From Haliotis rubra (Eukaryota): a stretch of 64,000 nucleotides of DNA. Shown one piece after another: positions 21,101 to 33,399 of the stretch. Position 1 is the first letter of the stretch, and the number at the start of each line of letters is the position of its first letter. The DNA lies in contig NW_025764893.1 in the NCBI RefSeq assembly GCF_003918875.1, forward strand, positions 186,001 to 250,000. Reading direction: 5' to 3'. A program made the position numbers and the translations under genes. The notes below the pieces were generated by a model. That model was not told the origin of the DNA, did no database searches, and was given only the letters and a program-made list of their open reading frames with translations.

Positions 21101-24100
21101 CAGCAATATTCCAGCATTATCACGACAGGGGACATCAGAAATGGGCTTCACACATCGTTCCGATCTTGGTAGTCGAACCCAGGTCTTCGGTGTGACAAGC
21201 GGACGCTTTAATCACTAGGCTATCCCACCGCCCCCGACTAAATTGAACCCTGGGTGATGACAATGTTCCGTAGTCTTCCTACCCTCCATGCTGTTGAGTT
21301 GTACTCTTTCTATCAACCACTGGTTTGCCTGACCACGACACGGCTACTCACTGCCCGCCGTGATATAGCGTGATAAGGGATGACGGCGGCGCAAAACACT
21401 ATTCACTGACTCAAAACACGTGTGTTCATCTTAGGTCCGTGTTGCTGACTGGCCTCCCTCAGCACCAGAACGGGATGTTTGGTTTACATCAAGACCCGCA
21501 CCATTTCAACAGTATGGACACAGTCCGGGCACTTCCTACCATCCTCGGCAAAGCGGGGATCAGAACAGGTACGCAATCCCACAAAGGCGTCACCATAGCA
21601 ACGGGAGATCAACGCCTTTGAGTGTTCAGTTTCTAAATCATATAGAGCGCTTCACAAAGTTTGTATATTATTTAATTGTTAGCACTATCAATCAAACTTA
21701 ACTCATGTGATGCGACTGGGCAGAGATTATCTATATTTCATTCATATCATCATATTCCCTCATCCGATGATCGTATAATATAATTTAATTTTATGTGGGA
21801 GAGAGGGAGTTTAGTTTTACGCCGATTTTAGGATTGTTTTCAGCATAATCACGACGAAGGACAGCAGAAATGGGTTTCACATATTGTATACATGTGGGGA
21901 ATCGAACCCGGGCCTTCGGCGTGACGAGTGAACGCTTTAATTACTAGGCTACCCCATCGCCCCTTTGGTTTATGTATCCCTTCTGGGGGCTATGCATCGC
22001 CACTTTACAGAAGTCCAGGATATGTATATAGTGATGTAGCTACTATAAACTGATGTAAAAAAAATGTTCTTAGGTAAGGGAATACGATCGTTATCTTGGT
22101 CAAATATACGTTGCCGAACAAGTGAAATATAGATTAAAATTATATTTGAAACGTTTTTAAACTTTCAAAATAATTCACGAGACCAAAAGCCGCATTTCTC
22201 ACCATTGAAACAAACGCAAATACATGATATGACCGGATTTGCGTAATTTTGTGTTTACTAACTTTGGGCGCTTATTTCATATGAAACTACATCTTTGAAA
22301 CATATGCTTATTGTCGGTTAGGTCAACTGGAGAAAAAAGCATATTACTACCCTTCCGCATTTAAACCTTGAAACTATTTTCATTGGATAAATGTGAAATT
22401 AATCTGAAAACTTTACCTCTTCATGTATTTTATTCTCCTTTTTGATCGGCTGATCAGTAAAAGATATAATTATCTAAATATGCCTTTGTCTCAGCATCTC
22501 AATTTACTGATGAATATTCCGCTTTTGCTATGTAGGTATGCTAAGTATTCGTCCAGTTACTGACAGTATAACACGGCAGATCACGCAGCTGTTTGCCAGC
22601 TACAGCTTCAGCTGTGAGATCGTTGGGCTATAACCTTGACCTACCAATGGTCAAGGACATGTGAATAATACGACCTCTCATGTTGTTTCAAGGTAGAAGG
22701 TGATTAGTGTTTCCAAAGCTGTGCTGGTAATAGTTTACGTTGTTCACAGACATAGCAATGGTTTTCGACTGGATTGGCTGTACCTGGTAACACAGATGCC
22801 AGAGTATGTCATCACCAAACAGGCCATTGTGATTATTGGCAACGAGCCCATTATTGGCAGGGTACAGGGTGGTTGTTTTCTTGTGAACACTCTCCGATCA
22901 TGTTCTCGGTTTGTCAGGACGCTACCCGTGGTCGTGAGTTTCACTGATGTGATGACCTTCTGAGGCCTGCATCACTTAAGGATTTTCCCCCACATTAAGC
23001 TGATACAACTGAAATGCTGATCAAAGCTGCGTTAAACTCAACCCACATGCTGTTACAGGCATCATTGGCAAGAAGCACGTTGGGCCTGATGATGTGTACA
23101 AGTTTGACTATGAGCAGACAGAAGAGAACAACAACTTGAATCAGGTTGGAAGGAACATCACCTACATGAAGAAATATGTCCGTGACTTCCTCAATGTTCA
23201 GGACACAAGGTAATGAGGGGGAATAGGATATTGTATGGAGATTTCTGATGGAGTGATGTGGGTTGTGTGGTAAGGGGCATCTGTTGTTTCATGTCATGTA
23301 TTTGTGAGATGTGGGTTATTTGCTGTGTATCCGAGTGCCTGTGTGTGTGCGCGCGCGCATGTGCCCGTGTGTGTTATTTGTTTTGTTCATTTAATAAAAG
23401 TAAACTAATTAGTTCGCTTGACATGAACATTGCCTGAAAAACATACATGTACGTGTATAATTTGGCCCAGTCCTCCTTCTAGGTGTTTTGAACCAGTGAC
23501 TAACAATATTCACCCCCCCAAATACCATTTTCAGCAACAAACAAATACGTGTGACCTATGTTTTTCAAGAGGAATAGACACTCCCAGGCTACAGGCCGAA
23601 GCAAGGAGATCAGCATGTGTCCATCATGCTCCCAAAAAGGTCAACATATTTCTAACCATTTTGTTAATCAAACCCTTTCTTCTTTGTATGTTTGGTTGTT
23701 GTTTAACGCCGCACACAAAAATATTCCATCCATGGCAGCTGTCTGTACGACTAACGGGATCGGGTGGTCAGACTCGCTGACTTGGTTAGCACATGTCATC
23801 GTATCCCAATTGCGTAGATCGATGCTCATGATGTCAGTCACCGGATAGTCTGGTCCAGACTCGATTATATACAGACCGCAGTCATGTAGCCTGAAAATTT
23901 CTCAGTTGGGCATTAAACAACAAACAAACAAACAAACAAAACAATATCTTCCTTGTTCAGGCCATTCTTCCTCTATCTGGCTTATCACGACCCTCATCGT
24001 TGTGGCTCAGATCCAAATCTTGGCCAGTTCTGTGAACGCTTCGGCGACGGCCAAGCAGGCCACGGAGTCATCCCTGACTGGAAGCCGGTGACCTACAGAC

Positions 24101-26140
24101 CTGAAGATGTGGAGGTCCCCTACTACCTGCCGGACACTCCTGCCACCCGCCAGGACCTCGCCAACATGTACAAAACCTACAGTAGGATGGACCAAGGTGA
24201 CGTGTAGCTGACTGAAGGTTGTGTGTTCTGTAGGGGTGCTTTGTCGCTCGACGTAGGTTTTGTTCCACGTTTGATTTTAGCGCCACCATGACACCATTAT
24301 AATGACATGTTTACTCTAACATAGAAACGCATGAAGATCCGGGTTAGAATTGATCTTCAGTGACCCATGCTTGTCGTAAGAGGCGACTAACGGGATTGCG
24401 TGGTCAGGCTCGCTGACTTGGTTGACACATGTCATCGTATCCCAGTTGTGTAGTTCGATGTTCATGATGTTGAACACTGGATTGTCTGGTGTATTGCTGA
24501 GAGCAGCGTTAAACATCAAACAACAAAAATAACAAACTGTTCAAGGACGATATTCTGTCGCAAAACACATACTTTTACAACTACTAAGTACTAACCATAC
24601 TGGCTCTAAGAAAGACATGTTCTTGTGTAACGTTTTCCATAATTGTATTTCTCAATTGAGTGAAAATGTTCACTCGAGGTGTAGGGGTCACATATATCCC
24701 CATTATGTAGATATCATTATTTTTTTTAAAGGGTTGGGCATATTCCTCAAGGAGCTTGAAGACGCAGGTTTCATCGACAACACCCTCATCCTCTTCTCCT
24801 CCGACAACGGTATCCCTTTCCCGGGGGCCAAGACCAATCTGTATGATCCAGGGATGGGGGAACCGATGATGGTGTCTTCACCTCTCCATAAGGAACACTG
24901 GGGAAAGGTACATGGAGACGATAGCAACATTTTTGCAATGCCGCCATTAGGATGTTTGACTATATTCCCCCACCCTTTGTTTCAGGTTATGATAAGATCT
25001 TTCATGTTTTCTAGTGTTGTGAAGTCTTGTGAAGAGATGTGCCCTTTAATGATCCCCAAAGTCGGTTTCCGGCACCATTAATGCGAATGTGTGAGCGAGT
25101 ATGGTCTTACGCCGATTTTAGCAATTTTCCAGCAATATCGCGGCAGGGGACACCAGAAATATGCTTCACACATCATTAACGTGTTTATGGTTTTCACTAA
25201 AGTGCTTAAGGTCTACGGCCCCTAGCACAATGGGCATTCTACCATTCTACCAACAGGTATCGAACGTTTGATACAACCAAACTACGTGTTTATATGCTAA
25301 CAACAGGGTCGGTTGATGTCAGCCAGGAACCGGACATTTTTTTACCATTTGTTTTGCCATAACATATTATGTTACAGAAAATAGATTTATTGTTTTGTTT
25401 CGTGCCATTTCGCTAACATATTATCAGAGAGATTACTGCTGTGTTTGCAAAGCAAAACGTCTCACTTCCGTTAAATGCACAGTTTTAGCCCTCGGTTAAA
25501 TTGATTTATACGTAAATGGATATTTGACTTTGTACAGGTCACGGAGGCAATGGGGAGTACGATGGACTTCGCGCCCACCGTCCTGGACTGGTTCAACGTC
25601 ACCTACCCCAAATACGCCATCGACGGCAAGCAGGACGTGACGCTCACAGGGAAGTCCCTTCTCCCTGTGGCCGCGAACCCGGACACGAGCCAACCCGAGT
25701 ACTCCTTTGTCTATTCCAGCCACGACATGCACGAAGTCACCATGTTTTATCCAATGAGAGTCCTCCGTACAAACCAGTACAAATTAATCCACAATTTGAA
25801 CAGCCATGCTCCATATCCATTGGCTGGAGACATCTACCAATCACCGACCTTCTTGGATCTTCTAAACCGTACCCACAACAACGTCGAAACCCATTGGTTC
25901 AAACCGCTGAACACTTACTATTACCGCGACCAATGGGAACTGTACGACCACCAGGCGGATCCAATGGAGTTACGTAACTTGGCTAACGTGTCAGAATACC
26001 AGTCAGTGCTAACAAGCATGAAAAAGCAATTGTTTGGATGGCAGACGGTAACCAGCGACCCCTGGCGGTGTTACCCAGCAGGTGTTCTACAAGGAGACAG
26101 TTGTGGTCCGCTGTATAACGGGGAGTCTCCTTCTGTGTAA
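18200..26140 (+). CDS. SGSH: SGSH-like sulfatase, copy 2, ~508 aa; exons 18200-18293, 19570-19702, 21435-21568, 23059-23209, 23961-24196, 24732-24907, 25538-26140
   Basis: Same exon structure and motifs as copy 1. Retains DPHRCG. Frame is open through all exons. An N gap lies in intron 1. Confidence 0.93.
18593..18936 (-). mobile_element. Family C SINE in SGSH copy 2 intron 1, truncated by assembly gap
   Basis: Highly similar to 20705-21058. Confidence 0.85.
18937..19088. other. Assembly gap (N run)
   Basis: Direct observation. Confidence 1.
20705..21058 (-). mobile_element. Family C tRNA-SINE (~355 bp), central region resembling the Meta/MESC domain, (CACCT)n tail
   Basis: tRNA-like head (GTGGTGTAGTGG...GGTTCGATCCCC) followed by GTCATACCAAAAGACGTTAAAATATGGTACTTG. 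11-bp TSD GACGACTGAAA at 20694-20704 and 21059-21069. Absent from SGSH copy 1. Confidence 0.88.
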
Positions 26141-27310
26141 AGACGATTAAACCGTGATAACAAATAATACCAAAATTTACGTTTAATTCCCTTATGCATG
26201 TACTTTAATATTTATGTATTAAATAATATATATTGGTTACTTTTTTAGTTATATATGTTATGCTGCATTTTCTTTTCATGTATTTGTCAATTTGTTTCCG
26301 GTTTCGTAATTGGCGTGTATTATGGCGTCATCCTCGCTTGTTTGGGCCAGCTTCATGTTGAAGTAAGAAAACCATTGCATAAGATATCATAGCAAACGTT
26401 AGGTTCATACCACACGTATTCCATATTCTGACAATTGTTAGAATAGTATATTACGAGTAACTCAAGTGAATGAGTATGGTTTTTCGCCGCTTTTAGCAAT
26501 ATTCCAACAATATCACGGCGGGGGGACACCAGAAATATTCTTCACACATTGTACCCATTCGGGAATCGTCTTCAGTTTGACGAGCGGATCCTTTAACCAC
26601 TCGGCTACCCCACCGCCCAACCAGCAACTTAAGTATTTCAGATTGTGGAACCTACGGGTATAATATAAATATTTGTAACCGGAGTATTTCTTCTTGTGGA
26701 CATTTCCGGAATAACATAAAAACAAATACAAAAAATATCAAGTTTGTCGTGTTGTGGAGTTGGTACAACAGTGTAACTGTAACTGAACTATTTTGGATTT
26801 TTAAAGTTCTGGAATATTGTAAATAAACATTCTAGCTTATGTATTCTGCATTGTGTACTTGTATGAAACAATGTAAACAACACATGTATTATACATTTCT
26901 AAATATCTGAAATCTTCCTAATTTCATTCGAGTTATTCAGTATACAAATAATCAATGTGACTTTATATAGCGAGTACTGCTAACACGATATTGTGGAACG
27001 ATATATTACTTTAGTGTCATCTGCAGCTGTCGGGAACGTTTGTGGTAGTAAACTGATATGCTTTCCAGCGCAATTTAATTCTTTTATTGATCTGCAAACG
27101 TTACAGGGCTCATCATCAGACTCAGTCAATGTCTGAGTGTATTTTACTAAGGGGAGTGAACAATATTTAATCAATATTCTGTGAATATAAGCACTGTAAA
27201 ACACACTAGCACTTACACGGTGCTGACTAAGAATCAACAATATCATCTGGGATTTGAACCCATGACCAACGGATCCTAGCTATGTGACGGGACGCAACTC
27301 TCTTTATGGA

Positions 27311-27831
27311 CTCCGCTAACAATTTCATGTTGTCACAACGTTATTCTGCGGAGTCTCATTTACGTTGTCACGAGGTTGTGGCCTGACGTTTTCATACGTC
27401 ATTTCTACGTCGCCACAAAGTTAAGGTGTTTGATGCTAACGTTGTCTTAACGTTCTATTCAACGTTAATAGTTGAAGTTTCCCCCTGTAGTGAACAGTAC
27501 ATAAGAAACAAAGCAGAAATTTACGTCAATGTTTATTTGTCAATCTGCATGTTTATTTGGTCGTGAGTTTTCTGAAGCTGTAGCCGAATAGTGAAGAAAA
27601 AATCTCAAAGTGAAATGTTTTACAGAAAATTCTATCGTGACAAGTTATAAGAAACGTTGTGAGGTGCACAAAGCATAACGTTCACCTCAACGTAAATTTG
27701 CAACGTTGTTATTACGTTGTGACATAACGTTATAAAATGACGTAATACTAACGTTGTGACAACGTTGTGTCATGACGTTACCAATCTGCAACGTCCCCAC
27801 AACGTTGCGAAAACGTTGTGTGTTAGCTGGG
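27311..27831. mobile_element. MITE with CTCCGCTAACA...TGTTAGCTGGG ends and subterminal ACAACGTT repeats
   Basis: Imperfect TIR plus many AACGTT motifs near both ends. Confidence 0.6.
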
Positions 27832-28052
27832 AAAAGACTGCTTCACTGCATCAGTGCCAGTACATATTGTCACTTTAGAAAATTGTATGTTGTTTTATGC
27901 GACCTCCAGCAAAATTCAATCTGCATACCGGTGTTTGTACAAAACGAAATCTGGACAACACAAACTGGCTGTTGATAATGTCGCGATACTACCCCATATC
28001 AAACAAGACATAGAACAAGAACCGATGTGTTCTCACCGAGGAGAAGTTCCAC

Positions 28053-28920
28053 TATAGATCGTTTGGCTCAAAAGCGGACAGATGAATTGCAATCTAACTC
28101 GAAAACTAATAAACATAAAATACTCAATGAAACACTGATCATAATCAAAACGTCAGACCAACTCTGTGATTTGTTTGCAGAATTTAAGTCCTAAAATTAA
28201 AAAGTTGTTTAACAAACTATCATTAAAATTTTGACAAAGTTAACTATTTGTTACGAGGGAGGAGAACAGAGAAAGGGACAGCTGGTGCGATAGGTTTGTA
28301 TGCGGAACATTGTAACATAAGCAGGATTCATGACTGCGCAATATTGATCTCCAATTACTGCTGTGCTGTGAGGTGAGGTGAAGTGTGCGTTATGTGAGTT
28401 GAAGTAAGGTGTGTGATTTGCAGTGCAGTGCTGAGGTGAGGTTAAGTGCGGTGCGGTGCGGTGCGGTGCGGTGAGGTGCGGTGAGTTGAGGTGAGGTGAG
28501 GTGAGGTGCAGTGAGGTGAGGTGAAGTGTGATTTGCGGTGGGGTACTGTGATGAAAGGTGAGGTGTTGTGATTTGCGGTGGGGTACTGTGAGAAAGGACA
28601 GCCAGGTGTTTGAGAAGCACGCGGCACAAGTGCCGACAAAGTTATTGATTCATTAACCTGTGCTGTGCCGTCTCCATCCTTTCTCGCACACCTGGCTGTC
28701 CTTTCTCTGCACTCCTCCTCGTAACAAATAGTGAACTGTGTCAATATTTTAATGATAGTTTGTTAAACAACTTTATAATTTTAGGACATAAATTTTGAAA
28801 AAACCACAGAGTTGGTCTGATGTTTTGATTATGATCAGCGTTTCATTGAGTATGTTATGTTTATTAGTTTTCGAGTTAGATTGCAATTCATCGATCCGCT
28901 TTTGAGCCAAACGGACTATA
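28053..28920. mobile_element. Fold-back MITE with ~235-bp arms, interrupted by a satellite-bearing insert (28289-28590)
   Basis: 28053-28288 is the reverse complement of ~28685-28920. Confidence 0.85.
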
Positions 28921-29634
28921 CCATACAGAAAACCAAGATGAATAATTTCGACTCAGCAACATGTGCAATAAACATATATATCTATTGTACTTCATATCAT
29001 ACTTTGACTCGGATGGTCAAGCGGGTCGGTGTGGAGCCTAGTGGTTTAAGCGTCCGGTCATGACGCCGATGACCCGGGTTCGATTCCCCACATGGGTGAA
29101 TCCCATTTCCAGTGATCCCTGCTGTGATTTTGCTGGAATATTGCTAAAAGCGGCATAAAACCATACTCCTTACTTATTCACTCCGCCATCTCGACCGCCG
29201 CCATTTGCAATGCAGAGTTTGTGTCCCTTGAGCGATTCCAGAAACATGCCCGTCGAATCCCGATTTGTCCATAGTATGTTTCTAGGTTTATCAACACCGC
29301 ACCAACTGAACATAGCATACATGCTGTAACATAATGGGAGATGTCGTTGATTACAAATGACATACGCATGTGTTAAATGTTATTTGTTGATGCATTAGTT
29401 GTTAGATTGTAGCCCTTAACATTATGTTCGACGGGGTCTAAAACCCTGTATATATGTTATCCTGTCGATAGGTTTTGTATGCGGAACATTGTAACATAAG
29501 CAGGAATCATGACTGCGCAACATTGATCTCAATTACTGCTTCAATCTGAACAGTTTTGGCATTTTATTGAACGTTCCCTCCTCATCCCACATGTCTTTGT
29601 CTGCCGTTGCGCGGTGTTGGAAACAGAGTCAGAG

Positions 29635-31072
29635 GAGTGCGTTGCGTTGCGGTGTTGTGCAGTGTTGTGATTTGCGGTGCGGTGCGGTGCGGTGCGGTGA
29701 GGTCCAGTAGAGGTGAAGGTGAGGTGAGGTGCAGTGAGGTGAGGTTAGGTGCAGTGCGGTGTTGTGATTTTAGGTGCGGTGCAATGCGATGAGATGAGGC
29801 AGTTAAGTGAGATGCGGTGTTGTGCGGTGCAGTGCGGTGACGTGAGGTGAGGTGTTGTGATTTGCGGTGCGGTACTGTGATGAGAGGTGAGTGTTGTGAT
29901 TTGCAGTCCGGTGCAGTGCGGTCCTGTGGTGGTGAGGTGAGGTGTGCGGTGTGGTGTTGTGAGGTGAGCTGTATGAGGTGCGGTGAGGTGAGGTGTTGTG
30001 ATTTGCGGTGCGGTACTGTGATGAGAGGTGAGGTGTTGTGATTTGCAGTGCGGTGCTGTGAGGTGAAGTGCTGTGAGGTGAGGTGAGGTGAGGTGTGCGT
30101 AATGTGAGTTGGAAGTAGAGGTGTATTGATTTGCAGTGCAGTGCTGAGGTGAGGTTAAGTGCGGTGAGGTGAGGTGTGATGCAGTGCTGTGAGGTGAGGT
30201 GAGGTGCTGTGAGGTGAGGTGTTGTGATTTGCAGTGCGTTGCTGTAAGGTGATAAGTGGTGCGGTGTGGTGTTGTGATTTGCAGTGCTTTGCTGTAAGGT
30301 GATATGTGGTGCGGTGTGGTGTTGTGATTTGCAGTGCGTTGCTGTAAGGTGATGTGTGGTGCGGTGTGGTGTTGTGATTTGTAGTGCGGTGCTGTAAGGT
30401 GATGTGTGGTGCGGTGTGGTGTTGTGATTTGCAGTGCGGTGCTGTAAGGTGAAGTGTGGTGTGGTGTGGTGTGGTGTGGTGTGAAATTTGTGATTTGCAG
30501 TGCAGGTGCTGTAAAGGTGATGTGTGGTGCGGTGTGGTGTTGTGATTTGCAGTGCGGTGCTGTAAGGTGATGTGTGGTGCGGTGTGGTGTTGTTGTGATT
30601 TGCAGTGCGGTGCAGTGGAGTTGAGGTAAAGGTGATTTGTGGTGGTGAGGTGAGGTGTTATGATTTGCAGTACAGCTCTGTGCGGTGCTGTGAGGTGAGA
30701 AGGTGCGGTGTGGTGATGTGTGGTGCGGTGTGGTGTTGTGAGGTGGTGTTGTGATTTGCAGTGCGGTGCTGTAAGGTGATGTGTGGTGCGGTGTGGTGTT
30801 GTGGATTTGCAGTGCGGTGCAGTGGCTGATGAGGTAAGGTGCGGTGAGGTGATGGTGCTGTGGAGGTGAGGTGAGGTGCTGTGAGGTGAGGGTGTTATGA
30901 TTTGCAGCGGTGCTGGGGTGTAAGAGGTGCAGTGTGGTGTTGTGATTTGCAGTGCTGCTGAGGTGATGTGAGGTGCGGTGTGGGTTCTGATTTGAGGGTG
31001 CTGTGCTGTGAGGAGGTGCGGCAGATGCGGTGAATGTGGTGAGATGAGGTGCGGTGTGGTGTGGTGCGGTGA
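29635..31072 (+). repeat. Pentamer-based (GTGAG/GTGCG/GTGTG) satellite with a 50-bp higher-order unit
   Basis: GTTGTGATTTG(C/T)AGTGC recurs at 30221, 30271, 30321, 30371 and 30421. Confidence 0.9.
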
Positions 31073-31580
31073 TTTGATTCTTTGCATGTCATGAACCATT
31101 GAGAAATATTCTGTTTTGGTCCCATATTCATATATTTGGCCACATGACCAAATCCGAACTGTTTTCGGCACACAAGTCTATACAACTGCAAGGCCTTCTG
31201 CGTGTCATGGTACCTGTCAGCGTGAGACGCTGTTCATAACATCCATCACTGTTTTGTCAGGTATACACTTTACTATTTACAGGAACCTAGGTTAGAATTG
31301 GTCTGCAGCAAACATCCCATGCTTGTAGTGAGAGGCGACCTACGGGATCAGGTGGTCAGGCTCGCTGACACATGTCATCGTATCCCAATTGCGTAGAGCG
31401 ATGCTCATGCTGTTGATCACTGGACTGTGTGGTCCAGACTCGATTAATCACAGACCGCCGCCATATAGCTGTAATATTGCTGAGTGCGGCATATAAACAA
31501 CAAACATACAAACAAGCAAACAACAAACTATCTACAGGCCACCATCCTGAAGTTGATATGTTTATGAACAAGGCTTTAAA

Positions 31581-31906
31581 CAAGTTAAACAACGTTGGGC
31601 ACGGAGAGTCCTTGGATGGGTGACCGTGTCTGACAGCTTGACTCCTGAAAGTATCTAGGACTTCAGTCCTGCCCCACAACGAAGCACATGTGATACATGT
31701 GGCCTCACCTCAGGCAAGTGACTTTGTTAAAAATTGCGTCTATTCACCGAGCAGAAAATGGGTACCCAGTGAAATAAGTCGTGAGACTAGTAACCTTCTA
31801 GCGTCTAACAGGCAGTTTGGGTTATCCGGGGTAATAATAGTCAGATTGTGAGCAGGATATCTAGAAATTCCCTTGAAAAGGCGAGTTATAAATATTCTCA
31901 TTATTA
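31581..31906 (+). mobile_element. Family D SINE with 5S rRNA-like internal promoter segment and L2/CR1-type (ATT)n tail
   Basis: AAGTTAAACAACGTTGGGCACGG...CTTGGATGGGTGACCG resembles 5S boxes A and C. The body is shared with 47218-47540. Confidence 0.7.
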
Positions 31907-33300
31907 TATATGCTGGCAAGTTATTGTGGCAGGCTCAATTACACTTCTCTTCAACAATTTAGACTCACTTAAAACACTCACTATATGTTATGTATATATA
32001 TGTTATATATATAGAGAATCTCACCACGAGTTGATAAAGTTTTATCCGAGGCTTGCCGAGGATATTTTTACTTTTATCAACGGTTGATATATTGATATCA
32101 GAAGACACGAGAGTGAAATTCTATTTATCGTACAAAATCACTCTTCATTAGTTTTCATTGAAAAAAGTACATCTCTGAACACCGTTCTGCCATTAGACTT
32201 GCAGTGCAGCAGTGTCATAGCATTGTGACGTCATCAAGCTCATGACGTCATAGCATTGTCAGGGCATTGTACAAAATCTACTGTCAAAACGATATCTCCT
32301 AGGAGAACACAGTTTTGGATGATAATATACAATTATAGACTCTTATAAAACCGATATCGACCTCTACAAGAGTCTATAATTGTTTTATTATATAATGAAG
32401 AGAAACGGGTTTTAACATAAACTTTTAATGCACACATTGTGCCATCTAACCGAGTGATCTGATTGGCTGAAAAGCGGGGGAAGCCCCTTCGTACGGGATT
32501 CCTTGTCTATTTTTAGTAACCCAAGTCAATATCGTAATTTATCAGAAAACTCAAGTCAATATCGTGTTTTGTAGTCAATCATGTGACGGTATTTTGACCA
32601 ATCGTGGTACAGGAAAAATACTACCTATATAATAAATATGGTTACATCGAAGATTGATTTCTCCACTAACTTGGGGAACCAGCTGCAAACTTTATGCCGC
32701 TGAACTGCAGGAGGACCATGCATCAAATCGCTGTAAAGCATGTGCAAATATCATGCATGTGCAGTTTTGTTAAAAAATTAGCCAATTTTCACTGATTTTC
32801 ATCATTTACTGAACTCATGACAATAATCTGTTCAACGTTACGAATTTGTTTTACAATACATCAGTTCATGTGTAAACAGTGCCTTAAAAAGTATGGCATA
32901 TTTTGCAAAGTTTAGTTTAGAAAAGTTGCCTGAAGTAAGTGGCTATATTTCCACTCGTGAGTCTAATTATTTGATGAGAAGTACATTTGTACATATATAC
33001 TAGCTCTTAATTACGATACGGTAGATCAAGATTAGCTGTATTACGTAGTAAGATCTTGTTGCCTTATAGAGGTCTTATAAAGTACGAGTTAAACTATTTC
33101 TTATTTGTACAGTGTTTTATACATTTTATACAATTTAAATATCCATTAATGTGGTTTTAAACCCGAGTCACACATTTCCATCTGTCATGAGCTGCTACTA
33201 TCCAAAGACACGACTCGATGGTCGACTGAATGTCGATTTTAAACAAATGCATAATATAAAGTAATATTTACTGCCATGAGATGACAATGCCTTTAAGGGA

Positions 33301-33397
33301 TGAGTGAGTGAGTGAGTTTGTACCCATGTTGGGAATCGAACCCGGGTCTACAGCGTGACGAGCGATCGCTTTAACCACTAGGCTACCCCGCCACCCT
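33301..33397 (-). mobile_element. Internally deleted family A SINE starting ~2 nt after the stop codon of the 528-aa gene, same strand
   Basis: Reverse-strand head GGGTGGCGGGGTAGCCTAGTGG...GGTTCGATTCCC joined directly to the (ACTC)n tail. Confidence 0.8.
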
Positions 33398-33399
33398 TT

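Larger units (their letters stand above)
7731..26809 (+). repeat. Direct tandem segmental duplication (unit 1 ~7731-17717, unit 2 ~17714-26809) carrying the SGSH-like gene
   Basis: Upstream flank 7741+ matches 17718+. 3' flank 17038-17717 matches 26141-26809. Confidence 0.92.

Noticed and set aside
30155-31171. 338-aa His/Thr/Pro-rich ORF
   Set aside because: Translation of the pentamer satellite; no domain or splice support.
31581-31626. 5S rRNA gene
   Set aside because: Only the internal promoter part is similar, and it is embedded in a dispersed repeat.
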